64,000 nucleotides of DNA, taken from positions 14,074,001 to 14,138,000 of the forward strand of contig OZ024763.1 of the NCBI GenBank assembly GCA_964016885.1, in the 5' to 3' direction. The notes under the pieces were generated by a model. The model had not been told where the DNA came from and did no database searches. It saw nothing but the letters and a program-made list of their open reading frames with translations. This document shows, piece by piece, positions 36,950 to 51,780 of this stretch; position 1 is the first letter of the stretch; every line of letters begins with the position of its first letter. The DNA is from Eledone cirrhosa (Eukaryota). A program made the translations under genes and the position numbers.

Positions 36950-39900
36950 TTATTTATTTATTTATTTAATTCCACCTGGAGTTTCGACCGATAGATAGTA
37001 TTAGCAATTGGAAAGACCAGTGGAAACATTGTTTCGTCGGTCCGATCTGACGAAGGTCGATCGATTGTCTATATATGTATATACATACCCATACATTCAT
37101 ATTTACTCACTTCTATGTAAAACACATACCATATACCAGCTTAAAAACGACTGACTAACCATCAGGACACATGCTTGCTCTTGTTAAAATTTCACAGAGA
37201 TACTTATGAAAACCGAAATTGCAAGGCCACGTACACTTACATACACACACCTGTACATACACAGACGTTTAGAAAAGGTATGACTTATATAGGTACGTCA
37301 AAGTTAATGTTCCACTATAGCACCATTCGAGGTAGATAAAACGAAGTACCAGTGTAGTACTGGGGATCGATTCTTCTTCTATATCTCTTTCTTACTTCCT
37401 TTCTCCTACTTTCTCTCCTTCTCTGGTAAATATCTCCTCTGATCAGATCTAGGGTAGAGATGGGATCAGTCAGCTTTTACAAAATGCCCAAGACACCCCG
37501 AATATCAACGTGGGGTCACCAAGACTCCCTCGCAAGCTATACGTCCCTAGATACATACATAGCAACATCAGACAGATCCTTTATGTAGATCACTTTTACT
37601 CGATATGGAAGACAAGTTTTCAGTGAGTCAGAAAGGAATATTTGCGATATGAAGGGAGAACCTCTCTGAATAAATATTAGATAGTTAAGATGCTACGTAA
37701 AGAAGGCGGTGACAACATCGAGGACCAGAGATGCCATGTGGAAATAGACATCGACATATAAATGTACAAAGATAGGGGGACCTTATCATCATAGACACTT
37801 GGGCTTATGAATACACACACAAATATATATTTATATATATACATACATACGTGTGTGTGTGTGGTGTATGTGTGTGTCTCTCTCTCCCTCCTGCAGGACT
37901 AGAACGGTTTCATTCGGAAGAAATCAAGGGCTTTCCTGATTATTTTTTTCCGAATGAAACAGTTCTAGTCCTGTAGAAGCCATTTCTATATTAAATATTA
38001 TTTATTAAGTATTTATACCCTGCTATGTAATGAGTACCTTACTTACTGTGGTTACCGCCGATTGAACCGTGATAAACATGTATATATATACGGGTGCACA
38101 GGTGTACGGTGTCCTCAAGTTAACACTAAGGATTACGCTCGATGTCCCGTCACACATCACTACATCTTCGAGTAAATGTTGATTAGTAAATAAATCGTGT
38201 ATCTCACATGTAAGAGGAAAACTATAGCAAGTGTTGAGGATAAGAGACGTGTGAAAATAATAATAATAATAATAGTGTTACAATTATTAATAGTAGTAGT
38301 TGTAATAATAAAGTGAGGCGGGACAACATTATTATAAATAGTTATGTACACACAAGCTTACACAGGTACACATTCGTACACGTATCTACACACGTACCTA
38401 CATAAACGTTTATAAATAAAAGACGAAGCTGATAAAAAGAACATATATTACCGTATCGCATTTGGAACGATAAACTTGACGTTGAGTTCTTGAATTTGAT
38501 CCCATCATCGGTTGCTGATACCATTATTGCACACACAACACAAGTTTAAATAGCCGCCTGTTTAGAAACAATATTTTCAGGCTGCCATCTACTCACTAAG
38601 GTATGACAGCTGAAGGACATCACTGGATGTCAGCTGGTCGTTGGATGAAATAAACCTAGTAATAAGAATAAATGTCATGATATATTTTCTGAAAACTCCA
38701 GAAAAGTAAAAACCATGTCAACTCGTTTGTGGTATTAATAAGACTGAGAAAGCCATGAACACCACCACGTCAATTAAGCTTCGAAAATCGAAAGTAGGTT
38801 TATATATATTAGTTTTCAGTATATTTTTTTAGCCGTCTCGTTTGCCTATATGTAGATCCTGGCCAAGATAGAAACCGAAACCAGGATCTCTACCGTCTCT
38901 CATACCTCCCTCTAAGCTACAGAGACAGCTTCAAAATAATATTAAAAATTAATATTTATAAACTTACTTTATATTTTGGAAGATTAATTGAAGTGGTGGC
39001 GTTCCCGCCTTTCTTAGTGTTGCTGTTATTAGAAAGGGTCGACTTTGTCTTTCATAATTCAGGGTCTTTCACGAAGTAAAATATTCATTTTATTTCTTAA
39101 CGCCCTAGTATTGATTTGAACCTACAATTACTTCGTCACTAATTTCAAATCTGTCATAACTAAATCCTGTGTGCGACTTAGAAATAAATTGTTAAATGTC
39201 ACTTTTATATATTTACCAATGTAAGATTGGAACCTACAGTGATGTGTTTTGCAGTAATATCCCGTAACTCCAACTAGATTGCTCTAAGCTTATATATTTC
39301 TTTCGTCCGAACAACATAATGGTTTCGATCCCAGTTCGCTACTGGTACAAGAAATAATTTAAAGAAATTCTATATCCCCAGTAAAATATTGAACTCCTAA
39401 CGACATTGTACGTTACTTAATACCAATAACCCCATTACGCCCTGAACACACATTTATATTTATTACTCAATTTCCAATGTTTAAAATGATATTACACCAC
39501 CTTTGTGTTCTAGGTGAAAATCCTGTCGATATTAATTTACAATTTTATAACTTTAGAGAAGAAAAATAGAGTACCAGTCATTTTATGGGTTCAAATTAAT
39601 CGATCGGCTTCACCCCGTCAATCACTTGACATTTGCCAAACAGTATAAATATGATACGACAAATTTAAAATAAATTACGTGTTTAATTAAGAAAAAAATT
39701 ATTGAAAGTAAGAAATTATAATTATTTAGTAATAATATTTTTATTGTTTGTTTTCACTGCATTAACTGCTGAGTGTGACTTTTAATTTTCTTACTATTTT
39801 CTACTGAAAATGGCGGCTGAGACGTTATTGGAGTATTACTAAGGTTTACTGGATGATGTTTCCTTATTGCATTATTTTACAAACAGTGGACATCGGAATA

Positions 39901-39959
39901 TCCTTCTATATACCTGGGATAAATGTAAGGAGCATTGTTATGTTATACATAGTACAATG

Positions 39960-41230
39960 GTCATCTCTTCTATTTACATTTTTCCCCAATTCTGTATTTT
40001 GAAGTCTTCATTATTTTAAATATTTCTAGCATGTCACTCGTTTGATTAATCTCCTCCAAAGTTGTAATTCAATGTGTTTGTCCTTGGTATAGTGAACTAA
40101 TGTTGATATTTTCAAGTCTTGGTATTTATATGGAATAGTGTACTAATATTTAAATAGTCTTTATGTTTTTGTCTAGTCTCCCCTAAGATTTATCTCCCCT
40201 AAATTTACAAAAGTTTCTCATCTTCCTTCACAAAACAAATCCCTAAATAATTCTAGTGTCTTCTGTTTTCTTCTTCTCTGGGTTGCTTCAAGAGCCTCAC
40301 CGTTTTTTCGGATGTCAGTTGACCATGGCCCAAAACAATATCCTCAGTGGTATCACACATATTTATCTATAGTTTTAGATTTTTCAGCATTTAGATAGGA
40401 AAAAGAATGTTTTATTATTTCTATTATCCGCCTCTCTGTTTTGCTTCAACATGGTTAGTCATCTTTCAATTCATATTCATACATATTCACAATTCTTCTG
40501 TGAGGGGTATAAGAAGCTCGTTGTTTGCTCAACATTCGATACCAAAACATGTTTCCTTTTTATAACTTCGTTGTACAAATATAATTATTAAAGTAGATAT
40601 ATATATATACAAGCCATGTATAATATATTTATATAGCTGCTTATTAACTGTTTCCCGAAACATTTCTTCAAAATAAGGTAAGACATATCCCGAAAAATAT
40701 TATAAGGTGTCTCAATAATTATTCCATTGCAATCAATTTCTCATTTCAGTTTTCTTTAGAATATCTTAGCGTTGAAGATACATACATTTGTCCTTCTCAT
40801 AGTAATTAGCTTGTCTCAAAATTGTTCGTATTGTTTCCATGTTTAGTGTCACAAACTATCGTCAATTCAAGATTTTGCTCTAATGTAATAAATGTTACTT
40901 TTAAAAGACTAAAGCTCTCAATTTTTTTCTTTCTCTTGTATATCGATATCTAAAGAATAACAAATGTATGTGTTTTGTGATAGGAGAAAAAACCCACGGC
41001 CTTGTTTCCTCGCTATAGAAGGCTAACTGACAATGTCGTTCGAGGCGTGACAAGTACACAACAACAGTGAGCATCACATGTTTACTGCCTTTTATATACC
41101 ATGTTAACTGGAAAGATTTGCCAAGTATGGATACACTCTCTCCTTATCAATATTGTCCGAGCCCGAGAAACATTTTCTCCCTGGTTAAGGAGTGAGATAA
41201 AATATTAGGGATCAATCTCTAGCAATAATT
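39960..41230 (-). mobile_element. Ancient CR1/L2-like LINE remnant in unit copy III
   Basis: Minus: GYCFGPWSTDIRKNGEALEATQR; also at 23125-23430, 24610-25262 and 61790-62970. Confidence 0.65.
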
Positions 41231-42755
41231 TAATTAAATTATATTTAACCAAAACTGTTATGTCGTGGTTTCAATGTTTATCAGGGGTTGTAGCATTAGT
41301 TTTATCTAATTATTCTCAAACAAAAATGATGTATATATTGTCGTTGTACGTTGAAATCACATATATAGATTTATATACCCACCAAGGATGGAGGGAATTG
41401 AAGACGGAATTGAAAACCAAATTGCTGAGCAGAACATTGCAGGATCAAATATGTATATATAATCAGCCATGTCCCTGCAGATCATCAGGTTGTAGCATGA
41501 AATCAACCCTAAAAGCTCGAGAAGAATAAAAATGAAAGTGAACCATTTTGAATTGTTAATATCATTGGGAAGGCCACTACATCAATTTTTCTTTTAAATA
41601 GAAAGTAGGTTTATAAATTTTAATTTTGATAATATTTTTGTATCTGTCGCGGTAGCCTATTGGTAGGTGTTGGGACAGTGGTGATGCTGGTCTGGGGTTC
41701 AATCTCAGTCAGGAATCTCTCAAGAAATTTAAATTTTTCGTAAAATAAACAAAAAATAGCGGTTGCATGAATCTGACTCAGATCGAACCCCAGACCACCA
41801 CCTCTAGTATTTATAAAATTACATGTTTCTCGGTTGAAAATTCGATGTAGTGGCGTTCATGGCTTTTTCGGGACGTCCTTGAATTCTTAAAGTAAATCTA
41901 GACTGTATTTCTCATTGCTCTAGGCTTGATTTGAACCTACAACAACTCCGTCTGCAATAATGTCATACGTCGTACCCGTAAATTGTTTAATGTGGTTCCT
42001 ATATATATATATACATGCAACTAAGATTTTGAACCTACAATGCTGTGCTTTATTTCTATTAATAAATGTGTTTTATAAAAGAAAGTAAAGAAACAATTTA
42101 ATGAAAGTAAAAAATTTATTTTATTCAGTCATGGTTTTATTTTTATTTTATGTATTCACTTCATTAACTGCTGAATAGTTATCTTGCTTTTGTTTGTTCT
42201 TACCATTGTTTACTGTAAATGGCGACTGGATTATTACCAAGTTTTACTGGATGATGGCATTTCCTTATTGTATTATTTTGTTGTCAGTGGACATCTCTCT
42301 AAATACCTGGAATAAACATATGGTGTGTCTTTTACGTAACATTTCATTTAATATCTGATGTTCCAATGGATTACTTTTAAAATAAAACCAATAAACAGGA
42401 CAGGGAGACTCCATGATGAGGTACGAATAATCTAAAATTAATTTTAAAAAGAAGACAATGTTTAAAGAAAGACAAACAATCACATCCACAATTTAATATC
42501 TGAATATCAACATTTTTCACGATATAAATATGTAAAGTTAAGAGACCTCTCATTTATTTGCTCTAACTTTATTTTACTAATCTATTCTGTAGACTTATAT
42601 TTTCGTTGGTGTACATTACGATTTCGTTGATGAAATTTTCTTTCGTCTTTAGATCTATATTTTACTTCTGGAATACTGTATTAACAATTATATCACTTGT
42701 CTTTAGATCTTTATTTCTTATAAAAGTCACCTCTTCCCATTATATTTTCATATAT

Positions 42756-42855
42756 ATATATTTGAAAAAAGGAAAAGAATGACTTGACTTGTAGTTCTAA
42801 ACAATTTTATTTAGAACTACAAATGAAGTCATTCTTTTCCTTTTTTTAAATATAT
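42756..42855. repeat. AT-rich palindrome specific to unit copy IV
   Basis: AAAAAAGGAAAAGAATGACTT..TTGTAGTTCTAAA / TTTAGAACTACAA..AAGTCATTCTTTTCCTTTTTT. Confidence 0.8.
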
Positions 42856-44482
42856 CTGACTGTACCAAGGATTTCACACACACACACATATTTCTACCTG
42901 GAGTTTCGACCGATAGATAGTATTAGCAATTAGAAAGACCATTTTCATTTATATATACCCATACATTCATATTTACTCACTTCTATGTAAAATATACATA
43001 TATATATATATATATATTAAAAGCACATACCATCATAATAACGATTGACTACTCATCAGGACACATGCTTGCTCATGTAAAAATTCTCAGAGACACTTAC
43101 GAAAACCGAACTTGCAACGCCAGGTACACTTACATACACATATATAGGTACATCAAAGTTTAGGTTTCGCTCTTGTACCATTCGAGGAAGTTAGAAACAA
43201 GTACCAGTGTAGTACTGGGTCGATTCTTCTCAATTCCTTTCTCTCACTCTCTGTAAGAGATCTGGGTGTGGAGATGGGATCTGTCAACTTTTACAAAGTA
43301 CCCTAGACACCCTGAATGTCAATGTCGGGCCTTTAGGACTCCCTCACAAGTTATAGGTCGCTACATAAGACAGATTCTTTAGATCTCTTTTACTCGATGA
43401 TGCAAGACAAGTTTTCAGTGAGTCAGAAAGTGATATGAAGGGATAAATATTAGATAGTTAAGATGCTACGTAAAGCGGGCGGTGACAACATCGAGGAGCA
43501 GATGTGCCATGTGGAAATAGACATCGACATATAAATATACAAAGATGGGGGGGGGACCTTATCATCATAGACAATTGGTCTTATGTGTGTGTGGCTTCTG
43601 CAGGACTAGAACGGTTTCATTCGAAAGAAATCAAGGGCTTTCCTGATGATATTTTCCGAATGAAACAGTTCTAGTCCCGTAGAAGACATTTCTATATGAA
43701 ATATTTATACTCTGATATATATTGAGTACCTTACTTACTGTGGCGTTCATGCCTTTCTTAGTGTTGCTGTTATTAGAAAGGGTCGACTTTGTCTTTCATA
43801 ATTCAGGCTCTTTCATGAAGTAAATATTCATTTTATTTCTTAACGCCCTAGTGTTGATTTGAACCTACAATGACTTCGTCTGCAATAATGTTCACTAATT
43901 TCAAATCTGCCATACCTAAATCCTGTGTGCGACTTACAAATAAATTGCTAAACGTCACTTTTATCAATGTAAGATTGGAACCTACAGTGATGTGCTTTGC
44001 AGTAATGTCCCGTAACTCGAACTAGATTGAGCTAAGCTTGTATATTTCTTTCGTCCGAATAACATAATGGTTTCGATCCCAGTTCGCTACTGGTACAAGA
44101 AATAATTTTTAGAAATTCTATATCCCCAGCTAAATATTGAACTCCTAACGACATTTTATGTTACTTAATACCAAAGCCCTGAACACACATTTATATTTAT
44201 AACTCAATTTCTAATTTTTAAATGATATTACACCACCTTTGTGTTTTCGGTGGATATTAATTTACAATTTTATAGCAGAAAAATAGAGTACCAGTCATTT
44301 TATAGGTTCAATTTAATCGATCGGCTTCTCCCCGTCAATCACTTGACAAACAAAGACACACAAACAGTATATATATATGATACGACAAATTTGAAATAAA
44401 TTACGTGTTTAAGAAAAAGAATTATTGAATGTAAGTAATAATATTTTTATTGTTTGTTTTCACTGCATTAACTGCTGAGTGT

Positions 44483-47400
44483 GATGGAGAGAGGGGTGGA
44501 GAGAGAGGGATGGAGAGAGAGAGAAAGAGATAGAGAGAGGGTGAATGGAGAGAGGGGTGGATAGAGAGAGAGTTGGATGGATAGAGAGAGGGAGAGAGAT
44601 GGATGGAGAGAGATGCAAAGAGAGAGGGGTGGAGAGAGAGTGAGGGATGGAAGGAGAGAGTGAGGGATGGAAGGAGAGAGTGAGGGATGGAAGGAGAGAG
44701 TGAGGGATGGAGAGATAGTGGAGAGTGAGGAATGGAGAGAGAGTGAGGAATGGAAAGAGAGAGAGGAATGGAAAGAGAGAGGGGTGGATGGAGAGAGAGA
44801 GATGGAAAGAGAGGGGTGGATGGAAAGAGTGAGGGATGGATGGAAGGAGAGAGGAATGGATGGAAGGAGAGAGGGAGAAGGATGGATGGAAGGAGAGAGG
44901 GAGAAGGATGGATGGAAGGAGAGAGGGAGAAGGATGGATGGAAGGAGAGAGGGAGAAGGATGGATGGAAGGAGAGAGGGAGATGGATGGATGGAAAGAGA
45001 GATGGATGGAGAGGGATGGATGGAAAGAGAGAGGGATGGATGGAGAGAGAGAGGGGTGGATGGAGAGAGAGAGAGAGGGATGGATGGAAGGAGAGAGAGA
45101 GAGGAATGGAGAGTGAGGAATGGGGAGAGAGTTGGATGGATAGAGAGAGAGAGGGATGGATGGAGAGAGAGGGAGTTGGATGGATAGAGAGAGGGAGAAA
45201 GATGAATGGAGAGAGAGAGGGGTGGAGAGAGGGATGGATGGAGAGAGAGAGAGGGATGGAAGGATAGAGAGAGATGGAAGGATAGAGAGAGAAAGGGGTG
45301 GATAGAAGGAGAGAGTGAGGAATGGAGAGAGAGAGAGAGTAGGATGGATGGATAGAGAGGGATGGATAGAGATGGAAGGATGGAGAGATGAAAGGATAGA
45401 GAGAGATGAAAGGATGGAGCGAGGGATGGAGAGAGAGAGGGATGGAGAGAGAGGGATGGATAGAGAGAGAGAGGGAGAATGATGGATGGAGAGAGGGATG
45501 GATAGGAGAGAGGGAGAATGATGGATGGAGAGAGGGATGGATGGAAGGAGAGAGGGATGGATGGAAGGAGAGAGAGATGGAAGGATAGAGAGAGAGAGGG
45601 ATGGATCGAGAGAGGGAGAATGATGAATGGAGAGAGAGAGGGATGGATGTAGAGAGCGATGGATGGAAGGAGAGAGAGAGAGGGGTCAAGAGAGGGATGG
45701 ATGGAGAGAGAGGGGTCAAGAGAGGGATGGATGGAAGGATAGAGAGAGAGGGATGGATGGAGAGAGAGAAGGAAGGATAGAGAGAGAGGGATGGATGGAG
45801 AGAGAGAAGGAAGGATAGAGAGAGAGGGAAGGATAGAGAGAGAGAGGGATAGAGAGAGAGAGAGGGATGGAAGGAGAGGGATGGGTGGAGAGAGAGAGAG
45901 AGAGAGGGATGGACCGATAGAGAGAGAAGGATGGATGGAGAGAGGGATGGAATGGACAGAGAGAGATGGAAGGAGAGAGAGGGATGGAAGGAGAGAGAGA
46001 GAGGGATGGAAGGGGAGAGAGAGAGGGGTATGGATGGAGAGGGAGAGAGAGAGGGTATGGATGTAGAGAGAGGGATGGAGAGAGATGGATGGAAGGAGAG
46101 AGAGGGATGGTTGAGAGGGAGAGAGAGGGGTATGGATGGAGAGAGGGAGAGATGTAGAGAGAGGGATGGAGAGAGAGAGGGAGGGATAGATGTAGGGAGA
46201 GGGGTGGATGAAGAGAGAGGGAGATGGAAGGAGAGGGAGGGGTGGATAGAGAGAGAGAGGGGTGGATAGAGAGAGAGGGGGGGGGGGTGGATAGAGAGAG
46301 AGGGGGGGTGGATAGAGAGAGAGGGGGGTGGATAGAGAGAGGGGGGTGGATAGAGAGAGAGGGGGGTGGATAGAGGGAGAGAGAGATGGAGAGAGAGAGA
46401 GAGGGATGGATGTAGAGAGAATGATGAATGGAGAGAGGGATGGATGTAGAGAGAGGGATGGAGGGAGAGAGAGAGAGGGAGGGACGGAGAGAGGGGTGGA
46501 TAGAGGGAGAGGGGTGGATGGAGAGAGAGCGAGAGAGGGAGAAGGATGGATGGAAGGATAGAGAGAGGGATGGATGGAGAGAGAGGGATGGAGGGAGAGG
46601 GATGGAAGGAGAGAGAGGGAGTACGATGAATGGAGAGGGATGGATGTAGAGAGAGGGAGTACGATGAATGGAGAGAGGGATGGATGTAGAGAGAGGGAGG
46701 GATGGATGTAGAGAGAGAGAGGGGTGGATGGAAGGATGGAGAGAGAGGGGTGGATGGAAGGATGGAGAGAGAGGGGTGGATGAAGAGAGAGAGGGATGGA
46801 TGAAGAGAGAGAGGAATGGGGAGAGAGAGGGAGATGGATAGGAGAGAGATGGATATAGAGAGTGAGGAATGGAGAGAGAGAGATGGAAGGATAGAGAGAG
46901 GGATGGATGGAAGGAGAGAGAGAGATGGAAGGATAGAGAGAGAGGGATGGAAGGTGAGAGAGAGAGTAGGGATGGATGGATAGAGAGGAATGGAAGGAGA
47001 GAGGGGGATGGAAGGAGAGAGGGGGATGGATGGAGAGAGGGAAGGATGGATGGAGAGAGGGAAGGATGGATAGAGAGAGGAAGAGGGATGGAGAGAGGGA
47101 GGGATGGAGAGAGGGAGGGATGGAGAGAGGGGGTAGGGATGGATGGATAGAGAGAGGAATGGAAGGAGAGAGAGAGAGAGGAATGGAAGGAGAGAGAGAG
47201 AGAGGAATGGATGGAGAGAGAGGAATGGATGGAGAGAGAGGGATGGAAGGAGAGAGAGAGAGAGAGAGAGATGGATAGAGAGAGGAATGGAAGGAGAGAG
47301 AGAGAGAGGGGGATGGAAGGAGAGAGAGAGAGAGGGGGATGGATGGATAGAGAGAGAGAGGGGGATGGATGGATAGAGAGAGGAATGGAAGGAGAGAGAG

Positions 47401-50354
47401 AGGGATGGATGTAAGGAGAGAGAGAGAGAGGGATGGAGAGAGAGAGGGAGAGGGATGGAGAGAGAGAGAGAGAGAGAGGGATGGAAGGAGAGAGAGGGAG
47501 AGGGATGGAGAGAGAGAGAGGGAGAGGGATGGAGAGAGAGAGAGAGGGATGGAAGGAGAGAGAGAGGGAGGGAGGGATGGAAGGAGAGAGAGAGAGAGAG
47601 AGGGATGGAGAGAGAGAGGGGGTAGGAGAGAGGGATGGATGTAGAGAGAGAGAGAGGGGTGGAGAGAGAGGGATGGAGAGAGAGAGAAAGAGAGAGGGGT
47701 GGAGAGAGAGAAAGAGAGAGAGAGGCTGAATGGAGAGAGAGTTGGATGGATAGAGAGAGAAAGGGTGAATGGAGAGAGAGTTGGATGGAGAGAGAGAGAA
47801 AGAGAGAGGGGTGGAGAGAGAGAAAGAGATAGAGAGGGTGATAGAGAGAGAGTTGGATGGATAGAGAGAGTGAGGGATGGAAGGAGAGAGTGAGGGATGG
47901 AGAGATAGTGGAGAGTGAGGAATGGATAGAGAGAGAGGAATGGAAAGAGAGAGAGAGGAATGGAAAGAGAGAGGGGTGGATGGAGAGAGTGAGGGATGGA
48001 TGGAAGGAGAGAGGAATGGATAGAGAGAGAGAGAGGGAGAAGGATGGATGGAAGGAGTGAGGGATGGATGGATGGAAGGAGAGAGAGGGATGGATGGATG
48101 GAGAGAGAGAGGGATGGATGGATGGAGAGAGGGATGGAGAGGGATGGATGGAGAGAGAGAGGGATGGATGGAAGGAGAGAGAGGAATGGAGAGTGAGGAA
48201 TGGGGAGAGAGTTGGATGGATAGAGAGAGAGAGGGATGGATAGAAGGAGAGAGAGAGAGGGATGGATAGAAGGAGAGAGAGAGAGGAATGGAGAGTGAGG
48301 AATGGGGAGAGAGTTGGATGGATAGAGAGAGAGAGGGATGGAAGGATAGAGAGAGAGAGGGATGGAAGGATAGAGAGAGAGGGAAGGAAGGATAGAGAGA
48401 GAGGGAAGGATAGAGAGAGAGAGGGAAGGATAGAGAGAGAGAGGGAAGGATAGAGAGAGGGATGGATGTAGAGAGCGATGGATGGAAGGAGAGAGAGAGG
48501 GATGGCAGGAGAGAGAGGGGTCAAGAGAGGAATGGATGGAGAGAGAGAGAGAGAGAAGGAAGGATAGAGAGAGAGGGAAGGATAGAGAGAGAGAGAGGGA
48601 TAGAGAGAGAGAGAGGGATGGAAGGAGAGGGATGGGTGGAGAGAGAGAGAGAGAGGGATGGACCGATAGAGAGAGAAGGATGGATGGAGAGAGGGATGGA
48701 ATGGACAGAGAGAGATGGAAGGAGAGAGATGGATGGAAGGGGAGAGAGAGAGGGATGGAAGGGGAGGGAGAGAGAGAGGGATGGAAGGGGAGGGAGAGAG
48801 AGAGGGGTATGGATGGAGAGGGAGAGAGAGGGTATGGATGTAGAGAGAGGGATGGATGGAAGGAGAGAGAGAGGGATGGTTGAGAGGGAGAGATGTAGAG
48901 AGAGGGATGGAGAGAGAGAGGGATAGATGTAGGGAGAGGGGTGGATGAAGAGAGAGGGAGATGGAAGGAGAGGGAGGATAGAGAGAGAGAGGGGTGGATA
49001 GAGAGAGGGGGGGTGGATAGAGAGAGAGAGAGAGATGCAGAGAGAGAGGGATGGAGGGAGAATGATGAATGGAGAGAGGGATGGATGGAGGGAGAATGAT
49101 GAATGGAGAGAGGGATGGATGGAGGGAGAATGATGAATGGAGAGAGAATGATGAATGGAGAGAGGGATGGATGTAGAGAGAGGGGTGGATGGAGAGAGGG
49201 GGTGGATGGAGAGAGGGGGTGGATAGAGGGAGAGGGGTGGAGAGAGAGAGAGAGAGAGAGAGAGGGAGAAGGATGGATGGAGAGAGAGAGAGGGAGAAGG
49301 ATGGATGGAAGGAGAGAGAGAGAGGGAGAAGGATGGATGGAAGGAGAGAGAGAGGGAGGAATGGATGGAGAGAGAGGGATGGAAGGATAGAGAGAGGGAT
49401 GGATGGAGAGAGAGAGGGATGGATGGAGGGAGAGGGATGGATGGAGGGAGAGGGATGGAAGGAGAGAGAGAGGGATGGAAGGAGAGAGAGAGGGAGTACG
49501 ATGAATGGAGAGGGATGGATGTAGAGAGAGGGAGTACGATGAAAGGAGAGAGGGATGGATGTAGAGAGAGGGAGGGATGGATGTAGAGAGAGAGAGGGGT
49601 GGATGGAAGGATGGAGAGAGGGGTGGATGAAGAGAGAGAGGGATGGATGAAGAGAGAGAGGAATGGGGAGAGAGAGATGGAAGGATAGAGAGAGGGATGG
49701 ATGGAAGGAGAGAGAGAGAGATGGAAGGATAGAGAGAGAGAGGGATGGAAGGTGAGAGAGAGAGAGAGGGGGGAAAGGGATGGAAGGAGAGAGAGTAGGG
49801 ATGGATGGAGAGAGGGAAGGATGGATAGAGAGAGGAAGAGGAATGGAGAGAGAGGGGGTAGGAGAGAGAGAGAGGGGGTAGGAGAGAGAGAGAGGGGGTA
49901 GGGATGGATGGATAGAGAGGAATGGAAGGAGAGAGAGGGGGATGGATGGAGAGAGAGGAATGGATGGAGAGAGAGGGATGGAAGGAGAGAGAGAGAGGGA
50001 TGCATGGAGAGAGAGAGATTAGGGATGGATGGATAGAGAGAGGAATGGAAGGAGAGAAAGAGAGAGGGGGATGGATGGAGAGAGGGAGTAGGGATGGATG
50101 GATAGAGAGAGGGATGGAAGGATAGAGAGAGAGAGGGAAGGATGGATAGAGAGAGGAAGAGGGATGGAGAGAGAGGGAGGGATGGAGAGAGGGAGAGAGG
50201 GGGATGGATGGAGAGAGAGGAATGGATGGAGAGAGGGAGAGAGGGGGATGGATGGAGAGAGAGGAATGGATGGAGAGAGGGATGGAAGGAGAGAGGGAGA
50301 GATGGATGGATAGAGAGAGGAATGGAAGGAGAGAGAGAGAGAGAGAGAGGGATG

Positions 50355-50401
<47 letters not shown>

Positions 50402-50594
50402 GGATGGATGTATATATATATATATATAGAGAGAGAGAGGGATGGATGTATAGAGAGAGAGAGAGGGATGGAAGGAGAGAGAGAGAGGGATGGAAGGAGA
50501 GAGAGAGATGGATGTATAGAGAGAGAGAGAGAGAGGGATGGAAGGAGAGAGGGATGGAAGGAGAGAGAGAGAGAGATGGAGAGAGAGAGAGAGG

Positions 50595-50642
<48 letters not shown>

Positions 50643-50866
50643 AGGAGAGAGAGGGATGGAAGGAGAGAGAGGGATGGAAGGAGAGAGAGAGAGAGGGATG
50701 GAAGGAGAGAGAGAGAGAGGGATGGAAGGAGAGAGAGGGATGGATGGAGAGAGAGAGAGAGGGATGGAGAGAGGGATGGAGAGAGGGAGAGGGATGTATG
50801 TAGAGAGAGGGATGGATGGAGAGAGAGGGGGTAGGGATGGATGTAGAGTGAGAGGGATGGAGAGAG
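44483..50866. repeat. 6.4 kb polypurine tract (GAGAGAGGGATGGA-type low-complexity satellite)
   Basis: Direct inspection; contains internal block duplications such as 45.75-46.3 kb ~ 48.5-49.0 kb. Confidence 0.97.
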
Positions 50867-50896
50867 CTGAGAAATAGGAAAACATGTAAGACTTAC

Positions 50897-50969
50897 TTTT
50901 TTGTGATGTCAAATAAAGTTTGACAGTACTTTTAGATTTTACAATTATAGGAATGACTCGACATGATAA
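50897..50969 (-). CDS. Exon B, copy 2
   Basis: Same acceptor, AA|GTAAGT donor; LSCRVIPIIVKSKSTVKLYLTSQK. Confidence 0.55.
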
Positions 50970-51780
50970 CTACACAAGATAGAAAATATACAGAAAGTAA
51001 TATAATTGTTTCTACTTTTGGCACAAGTCCAGCAATTACCCACTGGTAATTTATTTTATCGACCCCGTAATGATGAAAGACAGTTAACCTCGGCCGGATT
51101 TGAACTCAGAATGGAAAGGGGCGTAATTCTATGCGTCAAAGCATGGCGTCCGACGGTGTAGTGTGGTGATATGTGTGGTGATGTGTGTGGTGTGGTGTGT
51201 AGAAGGTGATGTGTGTGGTGTGTAGAAGGTGATGTGTGTGGTGTGGTGTGTAGAAGGTAATGTGCATTGTGTAGTGTGTAGAGTGTGGTGTGTAGAGTAT
51301 AATGTGTGGTGTGTAAAACATAATGTGTGGTCAGTGATGTGTATGGCGTGGTGTGTGCACATGGTGTATGAGTACACGTGTGGAGTATGTGGTGTGTAAC
51401 GAGGGTGTGGTGTAATTGTGTGTATGTGTGAGTGTTTAATGTGCTGTGTTAATGAGTGGACTGGAGTAAAAAGGAGTCACACAATCTTTAAAAGACCCTA
51501 AATTAACTTGCCCTAATTACTATATATACTCAAATAAAAAAGGGATTGGCTTATAATTGAGAAATAGGACAGAATCCAAACCCCATTTATAAGCCATGGT
51601 GGCTAATCAACAGACGACAGTTTTGAAATTCTCATGAGTGGAGAATATATTTATGAAGTTTTAAGTGTCATTTAGAGTATAGTTTTTATTTCACTTCTTT
51701 ATGTAATGAGTTACCATTTTCTGATTGATTTCAAGGTCATATTCATTAAAATCATCCAACATAATAGCAAATACAAATTT

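Noticed and set aside
44460-50912. 1354-aa and other S/L/P- or E/R/G-rich ORFs (also 25176-26202)
   Set aside because: Purine/pyrimidine tracts rarely contain stop codons; the ORFs overlap in several frames
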